The notes: a model not told the origin generated them from the sequence alone. A stretch of DNA of 64,000 bases from an uncultured Candidatus Marinamargulisbacteria bacterium (GCA_964643725.1 CAZXTL010000002.1:5574-69573); one strand, 5' to 3'. Numbered from the stretch's first letter, positions 1 through 12,135 are shown. Made by a program: numbers and translations.

Positions 1-130
1 TACCATTCATGTCGCCAACAACAACAGTTGCTCTAAAAGAAAGTTTTTTACCACCTTTAACTACTTTGGTGACCCTTCTTATTTGGACTATTTTTTCGAC
101 AAATTCACTATTTGATTCTATTTCTGACAT
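1..130 (-). CDS. rpsE: 30S ribosomal protein S5, N-terminal part (gene continues beyond window start)
   Basis: Minus-strand ATG at 128-130 translates [43 protein letters not shown], the classic S5 N-terminus. It sits 19 nt upstream (in transcript sense) of rplR. Too short to appear in the ORF track. Confidence 0.8.
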   Translation of the reverse strand, partial: MSEIESNSEFVEKIVQIRRVTKVVKGGKKLSFRATVVVGDMNG

Positions 131-149
131 GTTTCCTCCTATGATTTAG

Positions 150-458
150 CTAAAACTGTAGCCCTTTACTCCTGGCTCCATCAGCAACTGCTTTGATCCT
201 GCCATGATATATTCTGCCTGCTCTATCAAAAACAACGCTTTTGATTCCAAGACTTATGGCTTTCTCTCCTACGAGCTCTCCTACTTTAAAGGAAACTTCT
301 TTATTAGCTCTTTGCTTTAAAATAAGACTGGAGATTCCTAAAATAGTTTTTTGATTTTCATCATCAATAATTTGAACATAAACATTATTTAAACTTCTGC
401 TTACTATCATTCTGGGTCTATCAGCTGTCCCAATTACTTGTTTTGTTGTTCTTCTCAT
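150..458 (-). CDS. rplR: 50S ribosomal protein L18
   Basis: 102 aa ORF with L18-like sequence (…RAGRIYHGRIKAVADGARSKGLQF); in the rplF-rplR-rpsE position of the spc operon. Confidence 0.9.
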   Translation of the reverse strand: MRRTTKQVIGTADRPRMIVSRSLNNVYVQIIDDENQKTILGISSLILKQRANKEVSFKVGELVGEKAISLGIKSVVFDRAGRIYHGRIKAVADGARSKGLQF

Positions 459-475
459 CTTAAATATTTCTCCTT

Positions 476-1018
476 TTACTTCTTAGCTGACTTTCCTGCT
501 TTTCTAATAATACGTTCGTCAGAATATTTTACGCCTTTACCTTTATAAGGTTCTGGTGGTCTTAACTTTCTAATGTTAGCTGATACCTGTCCAACTAATT
601 GTTTATCAATACCTTTTACGGTTATTTTAGTATCTCCTACTAATTCGAAACTGATTCCATCAACAGCTTCAACTTCAATAGGATGAGAATAGCCTAATGC
701 CATAGTTAATCCATTTCCCTTTTTTTGAACCCTATAACCAACTCCAACTAAATCTAACGTTTTTTCGAACCCATCAGTAACACCTTTTATCATATTCTTA
801 ATTAAAGTGTTATAAAGACCATGTTGGGCTTTAGCTTCATTGTCTTCAACATTCCTTGTTAAAACAACTTTATTATCTATTTGTACAATAGTAAGTTTAG
901 TTGTCGGTATATCTAAGGACAACTCTCCTTTTGGACCTTTTACTTTTACTTGACCAACAGAAATGTCCACCTGAACATTAGCTTTGATCTCAACTGGTTT
1001 TGCGCCTATCTTTGACAT
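476..1018 (-). CDS. rplF: 50S ribosomal protein L6
   Basis: 180 aa; MSKIGAKPVEI…KGKGVKY, typical L6; operon position. Confidence 0.93.
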   Translation of the reverse strand: MSKIGAKPVEIKANVQVDISVGQVKVKGPKGELSLDIPTTKLTIVQIDNKVVLTRNVEDNEAKAQHGLYNTLIKNMIKGVTDGFEKTLDLVGVGYRVQKKGNGLTMALGYSHPIEVEAVDGISFELVGDTKITVKGIDKQLVGQVSANIRKLRPPEPYKGKGVKYSDERIIRKAGKSAKK

Positions 1019-1033
1019 AATATATTTATCTCC

Positions 1034-1432
1034 CTACCAAACGTAACATAAAATTTCGCCACCAACATTTTTAATACGAGCATTTTTCCCACTAATAACA
1101 CCTTTATTAGTTGAAAGAATTGATATTCCAAAACCACTCTTAACTTTAGGTATATCTTCTTTAGCAAGATATTGCCTTTTCCCTGGTGTACTTTGTTTTA
1201 CCATATCATTTAAAACTGATTTTCCTTTTTCGTTATACTTCAAGGAAACTTTAATTATAGGTTTATTATCATTATCAATTTTTTCTATTTTAGAAAAAAA
1301 ACCTTCTTTTTGCATAATAGTAACAATATCAAATTTAATCTTTGAGAAAGGAAATTGAATATCTACCTTTCTTGCATTGATACCATTTTTTATAATACAA
1401 ATCATATCTGCTATAGGATCTGAAACGCTCAT
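1034..1432 (-). CDS. rpsH: 30S ribosomal protein S8
   Basis: 132 aa; MSVSDPIADMI…ILCYVW, S8 signature ends; operon position. Confidence 0.93.
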   Translation of the reverse strand: MSVSDPIADMICIIKNGINARKVDIQFPFSKIKFDIVTIMQKEGFFSKIEKIDNDNKPIIKVSLKYNEKGKSVLNDMVKQSTPGKRQYLAKEDIPKVKSGFGISILSTNKGVISGKNARIKNVGGEILCYVW

Positions 1433-1446
1433 TTATACCTCCTGAT

Positions 1447-1632
1447 TTACCAACTAGACTTTGTTACGCCTGGAAGTTCTCCAGCACAAGCTAGCTTCCT
1501 AAAACATAAACGACAAACACCAAATTTTCTAAGATGACCTCTCGACCTACCACAAATACTACATCTTCTCCTATATTGAATAGGGCTCTTCTTCTTTTTT
1601 TCATTTCTAACAACCATTGATATTTTTGCCAT
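1447..1632 (-). CDS. rpsN: 30S ribosomal protein S14, short zinc-binding (type Z) form
   Basis: 61 aa with CxxC…CxxC (CSICGR…CRLCFR) and a C-terminal W; lies between rplE and rpsH. Confidence 0.9.
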   Translation of the reverse strand: MAKISMVVRNEKKKKSPIQYRRRCSICGRSRGHLRKFGVCRLCFRKLACAGELPGVTKSSW

Positions 1633-1658
1633 CTATTATATCTCCTCTAATTAATTTG

Positions 1659-2219
1659 TTACTTTCTAAAAGGCATGCCTAATAGAGCTAGCAATTCCGT
1701 AGACTCTTCAAGATTTTCAGTTGAAGTAACAAAAGTAATATTGAATCCTCGTACCTTATCAACTTTATCAAAATCGATTTCTGGAAAAATTGTTTGTTCC
1801 TTAATTCCAAGCGTATAGTTTGATTGATCATCAAATGCTTTTCTAGATACACCACGGAAATCTCTAATTTTTGGAAGTACCATATTGAAAAACTTATTCA
1901 TAAATTGATACATCTTGTCTCCCCTAAGAGTAACCTTACAACCAATAGCAAGTCCTTCTCTTAACTTAAATCCAGCAATTGATTTCTTTGCTTTTGTAAT
2001 TATAGGTTTCTGTCCGAAAAGAAGAGTAAAATCATCAACTGATGATTGAATCGCTTTAGAGTTGCTTATCGCTTCTCCAATTCCTCTATTAATTACTATT
2101 TTTTCGATTTTAGGAACTTGATTAGCATTCTTAAAGTTAAACTTCTCTTGAAGAACCTTTACTATTTCAGTTTTATACTTTTCTTTTAAATCTATTGATG
2201 TTGAATTTTGTTTAACCAC
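1659..2219 (-). CDS. rplE: 50S ribosomal protein L5
   Basis: 186 aa; L5-like sequence and operon position. Confidence 0.93.
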   Translation of the reverse strand: MVKQNSTSIDLKEKYKTEIVKVLQEKFNFKNANQVPKIEKIVINRGIGEAISNSKAIQSSVDDFTLLFGQKPIITKAKKSIAGFKLREGLAIGCKVTLRGDKMYQFMNKFFNMVLPKIRDFRGVSRKAFDDQSNYTLGIKEQTIFPEIDFDKVDKVRGFNITFVTSTENLEESTELLALLGMPFRK

Positions 2220-2236
2220 GACTATTTGATCTCCTC

Positions 2237-2566
2237 TTATTTATCTATTATTTCGCTGCATTTTTTGCATTTTCTAACCAACTTACCTTTAACTTCTTCA
2301 ATAGCTAAACGAGTAGGTTTTTTGCAATATTTGCACACTACCATTACATTAGACCAATCAATTGGTTTTTCCATTTCAACAATGCCACCAGGACCTGATT
2401 GACTAGGTTTTTGGTGCTTTTTAACAGTATTAGCCTTCTCAACTAAAACTTTTGACTTTGAAGGAAGTACTTGTAAAATTTTTGATTTGAGACCCTTATT
2501 TTTTCCTGCTATAACTATAACTTCATCATCTTTTTTCAACTTATTCACTATACTCTCCTTATACAA
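2237..2566 (-). CDS. rplX: 50S ribosomal protein L24 with appended C-terminal C4 zinc ribbon
   Basis: 109 aa; KOW motif [10 protein letters not shown]; C-terminal CKYC…CKKC extension; operon position. Confidence 0.88.
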   Translation of the reverse strand: MYKESIVNKLKKDDEVIVIAGKNKGLKSKILQVLPSKSKVLVEKANTVKKHQKPSQSGPGGIVEMEKPIDWSNVMVVCKYCKKPTRLAIEEVKGKLVRKCKKCSEIIDK

Positions 2567-2927
2567 CCTCTGGAGCTAATGAAATTATCTTAGCAAAAGA
2601 TTTATCTCTTAACTCTCTAGCGATAGGCCCAAATATTCTTGTACCTTTTGGCAAATTTTGATTATTAATAATAACTGCAGCATTATCATCAAAACGAACT
2701 GAAGTTCCATCTTTTCTGATAATTGGTGACACAGTTCTTACAATTACTGCTTTAACTACTTCACTTCTTTTTACATTACCATCTGGCTGTGCTTTCTTAA
2801 CACAAGCTACAATGATATCGCCAACACTTGCAAACTTTCGTTTACTTCCACCTAATACTTTAATGCAAAGAATCTCTTTAGCTCCGGAATTGTCTGCAAC
2901 TACTAATCTTGTTTCTGATTGAATCAT
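2559..2927 (-). CDS. rplN: 50S ribosomal protein L14
   Basis: 122 aa; [17 protein letters not shown]… canonical L14. Confidence 0.95.
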   Translation of the reverse strand: MIQSETRLVVADNSGAKEILCIKVLGGSKRKFASVGDIIVACVKKAQPDGNVKRSEVVKAVIVRTVSPIIRKDGTSVRFDDNAAVIINNQNLPKGTRIFGPIARELRDKSFAKIISLAPEVV

Positions 2928-2930
2928 AGC

Positions 2931-3206
2931 TTATGCACCCTTTCCTGTTTCTTTAGATTCTACCTTACCAATATAAAGCCATCTTTTGTCTTTACTTAAT
3001 GGTCTGACTTCTCTTATTTTGACTAAATCTCCACTTTTTGCTTCATTATTTTCGTCATGAGCTTTTACCTTCATGTTCTTTGTAATAACTTTTTCATATT
3101 TAGGATGATGTGTTCTTCTTTCAAGTTTGACAACTATAGTTTTATCCATCTTGTCACTAACAACAACACCTGTTCTTTCTTTTCTTCTATTTCTAATCTC
3201 GTCCAT
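2931..3206 (-). CDS. rpsQ: 30S ribosomal protein S17
   Basis: 91 aa; S17-like; operon position. Confidence 0.92.
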   Translation of the reverse strand: MDEIRNRRKERTGVVVSDKMDKTIVVKLERRTHHPKYEKVITKNMKVKAHDENNEAKSGDLVKIREVRPLSKDKRWLYIGKVESKETGKGA

Positions 3207-3409
3207 TATTTATCTCCCTTAACACTATTTAAAACCGTTAGGTGTGTGTTTAGTCTGGCAATATCTTTCTTTGTTTTGCTAATTGATTTTACATCCTTTA
3301 GCTGATTAGATGCTCTTTCAAATCTAAGCTTAATTAACTCAGTATTTTTTTCAGCAATCTTTTTCTCTATATCTTCTTTTTTTAATTTTTCTACTTCAAC
3401 ATACTTCAT
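3206..3409 (-). CDS. rpmC: 50S ribosomal protein L29
   Basis: ORF track gives 3206..3442, which overlaps rplP. The internal Met ([15 protein letters not shown]…) at 3409 removes the overlap and matches L29 length (~67 aa). Confidence 0.82.
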   Translation of the reverse strand: MKYVEVEKLKKEDIEKKIAEKNTELIKLRFERASNQLKDVKSISKTKKDIARLNTHLTVLNSVKGDK

Positions 3410-3413
3410 ATTC

Positions 3414-3833
3414 TTACCCTTCCAAATCCATTCTATAAACAAATTTTGTTTTCAAAGGAAGCTTATGTGCAGCTAGCCTCATTGCTTCTTTTGCAATATC
3501 TTCGGTTACATCGGCTATTTCAAACAAAACCTTACCTCTTTTTATTACAGCAACCCAAAACTCTGGAGAACCTTTACCTTTACCCATTCTGGTTTCAGCA
3601 GGTATCTTTGTGACGGGTTTGTCTGGAAATATTCTTATCCAAATTCTTCCGCCTCTTTTTACATATCTAGTCATAGCAATACGAGCTGCTTCAATTTGTC
3701 TGGAACTTATCCAAACATTGTCTAAAGCTTGTAATCCGTACGTGCCAAAGTCAATTTTATTGCCTTTATTTGCAGTACCTTTACGTCTTCCTCTTTGTTG
3801 CTTTCGAAACTTCTGTTTTTTTGGCATTAACAT
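3414..3833 (-). CDS. rplP: 50S ribosomal protein L16
   Basis: 139 aa; …[21 protein letters not shown]… L16 signature. Confidence 0.95.
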   Translation of the reverse strand: MLMPKKQKFRKQQRGRRKGTANKGNKIDFGTYGLQALDNVWISSRQIEAARIAMTRYVKRGGRIWIRIFPDKPVTKIPAETRMGKGKGSPEFWVAVIKRGKVLFEIADVTEDIAKEAMRLAAHKLPLKTKFVYRMDLEG

Positions 3834-3834
3834 T

Positions 3835-4491
3835 TTAGGACACTTCCTCCTTTTCGGATTTCTGAGGAATTATATCTCCCTTGTATATCCAAACTTTTAT
3901 TCCAATTTTCCCATATACAGTTAACGCCTCAGTAAATGAATAATCAATATCTGCTCTTATTGTTTGTAAAGGAACTCTTCCTTCTCTATACCATTCTGTT
4001 CTTGCAATCTCAGCTCCACCGAGTCTTCCAGCGCATTGAACCTTAATACCTTCAATCCCTGATCTCATTGCTCTTCCAACAACTTGTTTCATAGCTCTTC
4101 TAAATGCAACTCGTTTTTCAAGTTGTCTTGCAATAGTTTCGCCCAATATTGGAGAACATGTGTCTATATTCTTTTCTTCAACAACATTAACTTTAACATT
4201 AGGCACAGATACCATCTTTTTAAGTGCTGAATTAAATTCCTCTATTCCAACTCCACCTTTTCCAATAATAACTCCTGGTCTAGCTGCTCTTACTGTTACA
4301 TCAATTCCATCATTTTTTCTTTTCAATATAATCTTAGAAATACCAGCTCTTAAATATTTTGCTTTTATAAAATCTCTAATATCTTTATCATTCTTTACAA
4401 AATTTGCGTAGTTTTTATATGAATACCATACGCTATCACATTCTTTATTGATGCCTAATCTAAATAGTACCGGATTTATCTTATTACCCAT
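3835..4491 (-). CDS. rpsC: 30S ribosomal protein S3
   Basis: 218 aa; [14 protein letters not shown]… KH domain region; S3. Confidence 0.95.
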   Translation of the reverse strand: MGNKINPVLFRLGINKECDSVWYSYKNYANFVKNDKDIRDFIKAKYLRAGISKIILKRKNDGIDVTVRAARPGVIIGKGGVGIEEFNSALKKMVSVPNVKVNVVEEKNIDTCSPILGETIARQLEKRVAFRRAMKQVVGRAMRSGIEGIKVQCAGRLGGAEIARTEWYREGRVPLQTIRADIDYSFTEALTVYGKIGIKVWIYKGDIIPQKSEKEEVS

Positions 4492-4829
4492 TATGAATTC
4501 CCTTCCTTCAATCCTATGGACACATGACTATATTTTTTTTGTATCCTAGATGCTCTACCTTTACTAGCTGCTCTAACTCTTTTCATAATTAATGCTTGAC
4601 CTGTATATCCTTCAGATACAACTAAATTTGCCTCATCCATTTTATAATTATTAACAGCATTTGCTTTTGCAGATTTCACTACATCATAAAGTATTTTTGC
4701 TGGTTTATTAGACATAAACTTAAGAACAGTTAATGCTTTATCAACATTCATTCCAACTATTTCCTTTATAGCTCTATTAACCTTAGTTGGCGAAATTCTT
4801 AAATATTTAATTGTTGTCTTTATTTCCAT
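4491..4829 (-). CDS. rplV: 50S ribosomal protein L22
   Basis: 112 aa; L22-like; operon position. Confidence 0.92.
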   Translation of the reverse strand: MEIKTTIKYLRISPTKVNRAIKEIVGMNVDKALTVLKFMSNKPAKILYDVVKSAKANAVNNYKMDEANLVVSEGYTGQALIMKRVRAASKGRASRIQKKYSHVSIGLKEGNS

Positions 4830-4847
4830 TGTTCTACCTCTTAGTCC

Positions 4848-5114
4848 TTATTTTTTCTTAGATGTATGGCCTCTATATAATCTTGTGTGAACGAACTCTC
4901 CAAGTTTATGTCCAATCATATTATCAGATATAAAAATTGGTATATGCTTTCTGCCATTATGAATAGCAATTGTTAACCCAATCATGTCTGGTACTACGTC
5001 TGACCTTCTTGACCACGTTTTAATTATTTTTTTATCGCTTGTTTCTTTAGCTACTAAAACTTTCTTCATTAAGTGATCGTCGATAAAAGGTCCTTTTTTT
5101 AATGATCTTGCCAT
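4848..5114 (-). CDS. rpsS: 30S ribosomal protein S19
   Basis: 88 aa; …[16 protein letters not shown]… S19 signature. Confidence 0.95.
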   Translation of the reverse strand: MARSLKKGPFIDDHLMKKVLVAKETSDKKIIKTWSRRSDVVPDMIGLTIAIHNGRKHIPIFISDNMIGHKLGEFVHTRLYRGHTSKKK

Positions 5115-5128
5115 AACTCTGAGTCTCC

Positions 5129-5956
5129 TTATTTTTTCCTGCTTATAATATATTGATTACTAAGCTTCTTCTTTTTTCTTGTCTTATAACCTAATGCTAT
5201 CAATCCTTTTGCAGAAACTGGAGCAGGTCTACCAATTGGTGCCTTCCCTTCTCCGCCTCCATGTGGATGATCACAAGGGTTCTTTGCTGATCCTCTTACG
5301 TTTGGTCTTTTACCTCTATGAAAGTTCTTGCCAGCTTTCCCAAGTTTGATATTTCTATGATCTGTATTAGACACACTACCAATAGTAGCTCTGCATTCTA
5401 ACCTGATAAGACGCAACTCACCAGAAGTAAGTTTGATTACAGCATAATCGTTTTCTTTGGCCATTAATTGAGCACTAGCTCCTGCACTTCTTACAAGTTG
5501 AGCTCCTCTTCCTGGTTGCATTTCTATATTATGAATGATGGTCCCCACAGGTATAGCACTTAACGGTAAGGAATTACCTACTTTTATCTCTGCCTTGAGT
5601 CCAGACTCAAGAACGTCTCCAACGTTTAACCCTATAGGAGCTATAATATATGTTTTTTCTCCATCAATATAATTTAATAAAGCTATTCTAGCGGTTCTGT
5701 TAGGATCATATTCAATAGAAACAACCTTTGCTTTAATTCCATCTTTGCTTCTTTTAAAATCGATCAATCTATAAAACTTTTTGCTTCCACTTCTTCTGTT
5801 TTCAACTGTTACTCTTCCTTGATTATTTCTTCCTGATCTAGGATTGATTTTAACAAGTAATGATTTCTCAGGGCTTGTTGAAGTAATTGTTGAAAAATCA
5901 GAAATTATCATATTTCTGGTTCCGTTTGATATTGGTTTTATTTTCTTAGTTGCCAC
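5129..5956 (-). CDS. rplB: 50S ribosomal protein L2
   Basis: 275 aa; …HPHGGGEGK… L2 signature. Confidence 0.96.
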   Translation of the reverse strand: MATKKIKPISNGTRNMIISDFSTITSTSPEKSLLVKINPRSGRNNQGRVTVENRRSGSKKFYRLIDFKRSKDGIKAKVVSIEYDPNRTARIALLNYIDGEKTYIIAPIGLNVGDVLESGLKAEIKVGNSLPLSAIPVGTIIHNIEMQPGRGAQLVRSAGASAQLMAKENDYAVIKLTSGELRLIRLECRATIGSVSNTDHRNIKLGKAGKNFHRGKRPNVRGSAKNPCDHPHGGGEGKAPIGRPAPVSAKGLIALGYKTRKKKKLSNQYIISRKK

Positions 5957-5972
5957 TTTAGTCCCTCTTCTC

Positions 5973-6257
5973 TTAACTTAACTTCTCGAATTCAGCAATC
6001 TTCTGACCTTCTTTTAAAGTCACAATAGCTTTCTTCCAGTCACTAGTTCTTCCGACAAATTTTCCTAATCTTTTATGCTTACCTATTACGTTAATTGTTC
6101 TAACGTTTAGTACTTGAACATTAAATGTCTTTTCAATTACAGATTTAATCTCAATTTTATTAGCAGCTGGTACTACTTTAAAAACATATTTATTATCTGC
6201 ACCCATTGCAGAACTTTTTTCTGTTATTACTGGTCCCAAAACTATATTTTTTATCAT
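5973..6257 (-). CDS. rplW: 50S ribosomal protein L23
   Basis: 94 aa; operon position between rplD and rplB. Confidence 0.9.
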   Translation of the reverse strand: MIKNIVLGPVITEKSSAMGADNKYVFKVVPAANKIEIKSVIEKTFNVQVLNVRTINVIGKHKRLGKFVGRTSDWKKAIVTLKEGQKIAEFEKLS

Positions 6258-6898
6258 TTCAAATATATCTCCTCTAATTGCTTCATTGCAGAATCTTCTA
6301 TTAAAATTGCAGTGGCCTTAAGTATATCATAAACGTTTAATCCGTAAACGCTTGAAACCTGTAGGTTCTCATAATTACCAATTACTGATTCTCTGCTATC
6401 TCTTTCAGTAGAAACATATAATATTCTTTTATCATTAAGTTCTTTAGTTTTAACTATTTTGACAAAATCATTGATCTTAGTAATTGTAGTATTAAATTTA
6501 TCAGCATTTTCTACTATTAACATAAAATCTTTTTGTGCAGTTAGTGACCCTAAAAAAGCTTGTCTTTTTACTTTTTTATTTACTTTTGATATTCTTTTTA
6601 TGTTTTGTGGTCCATGGCAAACTCCGCCACCAACCCATAAAGGAGAGTTGCTAGTCCCAGCTCTTGCACGGCCAGTACCTTTTTGTTTCCAAGGTTTAGC
6701 TCCGCCTCCACTTACTTCAGCTCTTGTTTTTGCATATGAATTCTTAGATCTTTTTTGATGTAAAAAATCTTTTACAACAAAACCTAACTTTTCTCTGCTT
6801 ACAGGACTGTCAATAAGTTTAGAATTTACTTCAAAACTACTATCTGCTTGCTTTACTAAATCATAACTATTTACTTTTACCATTTTTATTCCTACCAC
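6254..6898 (-). CDS. rplD: 50S ribosomal protein L4
   Basis: 214 aa; …KPWKQKGTGRARAGTSNSPLWVGGG… L4 signature. Confidence 0.95.
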   Translation of the reverse strand: MVGIKMVKVNSYDLVKQADSSFEVNSKLIDSPVSREKLGFVVKDFLHQKRSKNSYAKTRAEVSGGGAKPWKQKGTGRARAGTSNSPLWVGGGVCHGPQNIKRISKVNKKVKRQAFLGSLTAQKDFMLIVENADKFNTTITKINDFVKIVKTKELNDKRILYVSTERDSRESVIGNYENLQVSSVYGLNVYDILKATAILIEDSAMKQLEEIYLK

Positions 6899-6902
6899 CT
6901 AT

Positions 6903-7526
6903 CTAGTTATATAAAACTATCTCAGAGCCATTAGCTCCTGGTACAGCTCCCTTTACTAAAACAAGAGATCTTTCTTGATCTATTCTAACAATTTTTAAAT
7001 TCTTAACTGTTACATTGTCATTACCATAATGACCAGGCATCTTTTGCCCTTTCCATACTTTCCCTTGTCCAGTACCAGCTCCAATAGATCCACATCTTCT
7101 GTGGTTCTTAGAACCATGCGCCATTGGACTTATTGTAAAGTTATATCGTTTTACAGTACCAGTAAAACCTCTACCTTTTGTAACTCCAGTAGCATTAACC
7201 TTTTCGTTAATCTCAAAAATATCTATTGGTAAGGAAGCTCCTACTTCGTAACTTGCCATATCAATAAACTTAAATTCTTTGATTTTACGAAATAAACCCT
7301 CAACAGCCTTAAATTGCCCTTGATTTGGTTTATTAACTTTTGACTCTTTCTCTGGTGAATAACCTACCCTTACAGATTCATATCCATCATTATCTATCGT
7401 CTTCTTTTGGATAATCTTATTTTCGATTACCTGTAAAACTGTAACTGATAGAGCTTCGCCTTCTTCATTGAAGACCTTAGTCATCCCTATCTTTTTGGTC
7501 AATAATCCTTTGTTAATTTTTTTCAT
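6903..7526 (-). CDS. rplC: 50S ribosomal protein L3
   Basis: 207 aa; …GVTKGRGFTGTVKRYNF… L3 signature. Confidence 0.95.
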   Translation of the reverse strand: MKKINKGLLTKKIGMTKVFNEEGEALSVTVLQVIENKIIQKKTIDNDGYESVRVGYSPEKESKVNKPNQGQFKAVEGLFRKIKEFKFIDMASYEVGASLPIDIFEINEKVNATGVTKGRGFTGTVKRYNFTISPMAHGSKNHRRCGSIGAGTGQGKVWKGQKMPGHYGNDNVTVKNLKIVRIDQERSLVLVKGAVPGANGSEIVLYN

Positions 7527-7559
7527 CTTAAATACTACCTATTTCCTGAATTTTATATA

Positions 7560-7904
7560 CTAATTTAGTTTAATCTCTACATCAATGCCTGCTGGAAGAT
7601 CCAATTGCATCAAAGCGTCTATAGTTGATGCAGGAGGATTAACAATATCAATCAATCTTTTATGAGTCCTGATTTCTAAATGCTCTCCACCTCTTTTATT
7701 AACGTGAGGAGATTTCAAAATACAAAACACATTTTTTTCTGTAGGTAACGGTACTGGTCCGATGACCTTTGCCCCAGACCTTTGTGCCGTATTAACTATC
7801 TTTTCACAAGATTGATCTAGCACTCTATAATCAAAAGCCTTAAGCTTAATCCTTACTTTTTGTGCTACTTTTGATGTTTGTGCTACTGTATTGTTCTTCG
7901 TCAT
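7560..7904 (-). CDS. rpsJ: 30S ribosomal protein S10 (with ~14 aa N-terminal extension)
   Basis: 114 aa; [18 protein letters not shown]… S10 core; ATG at 7902-7904 preceded by GAGGT RBS. Confidence 0.93.
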   Translation of the reverse strand: MTKNNTVAQTSKVAQKVRIKLKAFDYRVLDQSCEKIVNTAQRSGAKVIGPVPLPTEKNVFCILKSPHVNKRGGEHLEIRTHKRLIDIVNPPASTIDALMQLDLPAGIDVEIKLN

Positions 7905-7936
7905 TTTTTATACCTCTGTTTTCTTCGTCAAGTAAA

Positions 7937-9136
7937 TTACTTGAGTATTTCAGTTACTACTCCAGCTCCAACTGTTCTTCCACCTTCACGAATAGCAAAT
8001 CTTAATCCTTTTTCTATTGCGATTGGTGTTATCAATTCAACAACCATATTAACGTTATCGCCAGGCATAATCATCTCTACACCTTCTGGTAAATCAATTG
8101 ATCCTGTAACGTCTGTTGTTCTCATATAAAACTGTGGTCTATATCCTTTGAAGAAAGGAGTGTGTCTTCCACCTTCTTCTTTTTTAAGAACATATACTTC
8201 AGCTCTAAATTTTGTATGAGGAGTAATGCTTCCTTTAGCGGCAAGAACCTGTCCTCTTACTAAATCTTTCTTTTCAATACCTCTTAAAAGAATACCAACG
8301 TTGTCACCTGCTCTACCTTCATCTAATGTTTTTCTAAACATTTCAACGCCAGTAACGATAACGCTCTTTGGTTTTTCCATCATTCCAACTATCTGAATTT
8401 CTTCACCAGTCTTAACGATTCCTCTTTCAATTCTTCCAGTTCCAACTGTTCCTCTGCCTGTAATTGTGAATACATCTTCAATAGGCATTAAGTAAGGTTT
8501 GTCAGTTTCTCTAGTTGGAGTAGGGATATATGAATCAACTTTATCCATTAATTCAAGAATTCCCTTAACATATTCATTGCTAGCATCATCAGCATTCTCT
8601 AATCCTTTTAAAGCTGATCCTCTTACTATAGGTAAGTTATCTCCATCAAATCCATACTTAGAAAGAAGTTCTCTAAGTTCCATTTCTACTAATTCAATAA
8701 GTTCAGGATCGTCAACCATATCGATTTTGTTTAAGAAAACAACGATATAAGGAACGTTTACTTGGTTAGCAAGTAATATATGTTCTCTAGTTTGTGGCAT
8801 AGGACCATCTGCTGCAGAAACTACTAAAATAGCTCCATCCATTTGCGCTGCTCCAGTAATCATATTCTTTACATAGTCAGCGTGGCCTGGACAATCTACG
8901 TGTGCATAATGTCTAGCATCTGTTTCATATTCAACGTGAGCTGTATTAATTGTAATACCTCTTGCCTTTTCTTCAGGTGAACTGTCAATAGCATCATAAG
9001 CCATTGCCTTAGATTTCCCCTGTTTAGATAATATGGTTGTGATTGCTGCTGTTAAAGTAGTCTTACCATGATCTACGTGACCTATAGTACCTACATTAAC
9101 GTGTGGTTTTACTCTTTGAAATTTTTCTCTTGCCAT
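7937..9136 (-). CDS. tuf: Elongation factor Tu
   Basis: 399 aa; [29 protein letters not shown] GTPase motifs. Confidence 0.98.
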   Translation of the reverse strand: MAREKFQRVKPHVNVGTIGHVDHGKTTLTAAITTILSKQGKSKAMAYDAIDSSPEEKARGITINTAHVEYETDARHYAHVDCPGHADYVKNMITGAAQMDGAILVVSAADGPMPQTREHILLANQVNVPYIVVFLNKIDMVDDPELIELVEMELRELLSKYGFDGDNLPIVRGSALKGLENADDASNEYVKGILELMDKVDSYIPTPTRETDKPYLMPIEDVFTITGRGTVGTGRIERGIVKTGEEIQIVGMMEKPKSVIVTGVEMFRKTLDEGRAGDNVGILLRGIEKKDLVRGQVLAAKGSITPHTKFRAEVYVLKKEEGGRHTPFFKGYRPQFYMRTTDVTGSIDLPEGVEMIMPGDNVNMVVELITPIAIEKGLRFAIREGGRTVGAGVVTEILK

Positions 9137-9151
9137 GACTTCCTCCTTTTA

Positions 9152-11242
9152 TTATTTACCTTTTGATTTTGCAATAATGCCTTCTGCAGTATTCTTTGGT
9201 ACTTCTTCGTACGCTGAGAACTGCATTGTGTAATCACCTCTACCTTGAGTTTTACTTCTTAAAGTAGTTGAGTATCCAAACATTTCGGCTAAAGGAACTT
9301 TAGCTTTAACTTTTGAATTTCCTCCAACTTGAGGCTCCATACCTTCAATCCTACCTCTTCTAGAGTTAAGATCTCCAATAACATCTCCCATATTGTCTTC
9401 TGGACAAACAACTTCAACATCCATAATAGGCTCAAGAATAATTGGATTAGCTGCTGCCATTCCTTCTTTTAAGCACATTGATGCTGCAATTTTAAAAGCC
9501 ATTTCTGAAGAGTCAACTTCATGAAACGAACCATCATATAAAGTTGCTTTAATATCAACTATTGGATAACCAGCTAAAACGCCAGTTGTCAAAGCTTCTT
9601 TTAATCCTTTTTCAACAGCAGGTATATATTCTCTTGGAATTGATCCACCTTTAATGTTGTCAATAAACTCAAAGCCTTTGCCTTTTTCTGATGGAGCGAA
9701 TTTAATACAAACATGTCCGTATTGTCCTCTTCCACCTGATTGTTTAATAAACTTTGATTCTTGGTCTGATTCACCTTTAATTGCTTCTCTGTATGCTACT
9801 TGTGGTTTACCTACGTTAGCGTCTACTTTGAATTCTCTTAAAAGTCTATCTACAATAATTTCCAAATGTAGCTCACCCATACCAGAAATGATTGTTTGGC
9901 CAGTTTCATGGTCAACATGCACTTTAAATGTAGGATCTTCTTCAGCTAATTTAGCTAATGCAGTAGATAATTTCTCTTGGTCAGCTTTTGTTTTTGGTTC
10001 AATAGCAACATCAATAACTGGATCTGGAAATGTCATTGATTCTAAAATTACATTATTCTTTCCTTCATCACATAATGTGTCTCCAGTAATTGTAAACTTT
10101 AAACCAACTGCTGCTGCGATATCACCTGTTGATACTTCATCTATTTCTTCTCTAGTATTAGCATGCATTAAAAGTAAACGGCCAATTCTTTCTTTCTTAT
10201 CTTTTGTTGTATTAATTGCATATGAGCCTGCTTTTAACTTACCAGAATATACTCTTATATATGTTATTTTACCTACAAATGGATCTGTAGCTATCTTAAA
10301 CGCTAAAGCAGAAAAAGGTTCGCTGTCAGATGGTTTTCTTTCTACTTCTGCACCAGTAGTAGCATCAATTGCACTCACTGATGGAACATCTAATGGAGAT
10401 GGCAAATAGTCTAAAACTGCATCAAGTAAAAGCTGAACACCTTTATTCTTAAATGCTGTGCCACAAAAAGCTGGAATTATCAAACAATCCACAACGCCTT
10501 TTCTGATACCTTTTTTAATCTCATCTAATGTAAGTTTACCTGTCTCAAAATACTTTTCCATTAACACATCATCAAATTCAGCTGCTTTTTCAACTAATTT
10601 CTCATAGTACATATCAACTGTATCTTTTAGCTCTTCTGGAACATCTATAACATCATACTTTTGACCTTGGTCATCAGTATCCCAAATATAAGCCTTCTTA
10701 GTTGCAACATCAACGATGCCCTTAAATGCTTCTTCTTTACCTATAGGTATTTGCATAACAACAGGATGACCACCATCAAGCTTCTTTTCAATTTGCTCAA
10801 TAACTTTAAAGTAATCAGCTCCAACTCTATCCATCTTATTAACAAAAGCCACTCTAGGTACGTGATACTTTGTAGCTTGTCTCCATACAGTTTCGGATTG
10901 TGGTTGTACTCCACCTACTGCACAAAAAACAGAAACTACACCATCAAGTACTCTTAGTGATCTTTCTACTTCAACAGTAAAATCTACGTGACCAGGAGTA
11001 TCTATGATATTAATTCTATTATCTTTCCAGAAACATGTAGTAGCAGCAGAAGTAATCGTTATTCCTCTTTCTTGCTCTTGAATCATCCAGTCCATAGTAG
11101 CTGCGCCATTATGTACTTCACCTATCTTATAATTCTTGCCAGTATAATAAAGAATACGTTCTGTTAATGTAGTCTTCCCTGCGTCAATGTGAGCAGCGAT
11201 ACCAATATTCCTTAATTTATCTAAAGTTACTTTCTTCGTCAC
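9152..11242 (-). CDS. fusA: Elongation factor G
   Basis: 696 aa; [22 protein letters not shown] motifs; follows rpsG. Confidence 0.98.
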   Translation of the reverse strand: MTKKVTLDKLRNIGIAAHIDAGKTTLTERILYYTGKNYKIGEVHNGAATMDWMIQEQERGITITSAATTCFWKDNRINIIDTPGHVDFTVEVERSLRVLDGVVSVFCAVGGVQPQSETVWRQATKYHVPRVAFVNKMDRVGADYFKVIEQIEKKLDGGHPVVMQIPIGKEEAFKGIVDVATKKAYIWDTDDQGQKYDVIDVPEELKDTVDMYYEKLVEKAAEFDDVLMEKYFETGKLTLDEIKKGIRKGVVDCLIIPAFCGTAFKNKGVQLLLDAVLDYLPSPLDVPSVSAIDATTGAEVERKPSDSEPFSALAFKIATDPFVGKITYIRVYSGKLKAGSYAINTTKDKKERIGRLLLMHANTREEIDEVSTGDIAAAVGLKFTITGDTLCDEGKNNVILESMTFPDPVIDVAIEPKTKADQEKLSTALAKLAEEDPTFKVHVDHETGQTIISGMGELHLEIIVDRLLREFKVDANVGKPQVAYREAIKGESDQESKFIKQSGGRGQYGHVCIKFAPSEKGKGFEFIDNIKGGSIPREYIPAVEKGLKEALTTGVLAGYPIVDIKATLYDGSFHEVDSSEMAFKIAASMCLKEGMAAANPIILEPIMDVEVVCPEDNMGDVIGDLNSRRGRIEGMEPQVGGNSKVKAKVPLAEMFGYSTTLRSKTQGRGDYTMQFSAYEEVPKNTAEGIIAKSKGK

Positions 11243-11258
11243 TTAAATTCTCCTTAAA

Positions 11259-11729
11259 TTAGTACCTGAAATGAGCAAAAGCTTTATTAGCTTCAGCCAT
11301 TCTATGAACATCGTCTTTTTTCTTAACAGAAGCGCCATTACCTTCAGCTGCTTCCATCAGTTCTCTTGATAATTTTTCTACCATTGATTTGCCACTTCTC
11401 TCGTTAGCATATTTAGCTAACCAACGAAATGCTAAAGAAATTGCTCTCTTTTTTCTAACTTCCATAGGAACTTGATAAGTCGCTCCGCCTACTCTTCTAC
11501 TTTTAACTTCCATTAAAGGAGTAGCATTTTTAACTGCATCATTAAATATTTTAAAAGGATCTTCTTTTTTTATTTCAGCAATTTTATCTAATGCTTTATA
11601 AAAAATACTTCGAACAGTTTCTTTTTTGCCATCAATCATTAATCTGTTTATAAATTTAGTGACTAAAACGCTATTATAACGCACATCAGGCTCAACTCTT
11701 CTTTCAACGCTTCCTCTTCTTCTGGACAT
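11259..11729 (-). CDS. rpsG: 30S ribosomal protein S7
   Basis: 156 aa; S7-like; str operon position. Confidence 0.95.
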   Translation of the reverse strand: MSRRRGSVERRVEPDVRYNSVLVTKFINRLMIDGKKETVRSIFYKALDKIAEIKKEDPFKIFNDAVKNATPLMEVKSRRVGGATYQVPMEVRKKRAISLAFRWLAKYANERSGKSMVEKLSRELMEAAEGNGASVKKKDDVHRMAEANKAFAHFRY

Positions 11730-11757
11730 TTTCTATTTCTCCTACTTCTTTAACTTC

Positions 11758-12135
11758 TTAGCTCTTCTTAGCTCTTTTTGTACCGTACTTTGATCTTCCT
11801 CTTTTTCTATTAGCTACACCAGTAGTATCGAGATTACCTCTAATAATATGGTATCTAACGCCTGGAAGATCTTTAACTCTTCCTCCACGTACTAATACAA
11901 CAGAGTGCTCTTGAAGGTTATGTCCTTCTCCTGGAATATAGGCTGTTACTTCATGCCCATTAGTTAATCTCAATCTTGCTACTTTTCTTAAGGCAGAATT
12001 TGGTTTTTTAGGAGTAGCAGTGTATACCCTAGTACAAACCCCTCTTCTTTGAGGACATTCTTGTAAAGCAGGAACATTATTCTTGCTTTTTTTATTCTTT
12101 CTACCTTTTCTAATTAACTGATTTACCGTTGGCAT
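11758..12135 (-). CDS. rpsL: 30S ribosomal protein S12
   Basis: 125 aa; …[11 protein letters not shown]… S12 signature. Confidence 0.96.
   Translation of the reverse strand: MPTVNQLIRKGRKNKKSKNNVPALQECPQRRGVCTRVYTATPKKPNSALRKVARLRLTNGHEVTAYIPGEGHNLQEHSVVLVRGGRVKDLPGVRYHIIRGNLDTTGVANRKRGRSKYGTKRAKKS

Noticed and set aside
9654-10409. 251-aa plus-strand ORF
   Set aside because: Lies entirely antisense within fusA (EF-G). Its composition (Ser/Leu/Pro-rich, low complexity) is typical of antisense frames of a conserved gene.
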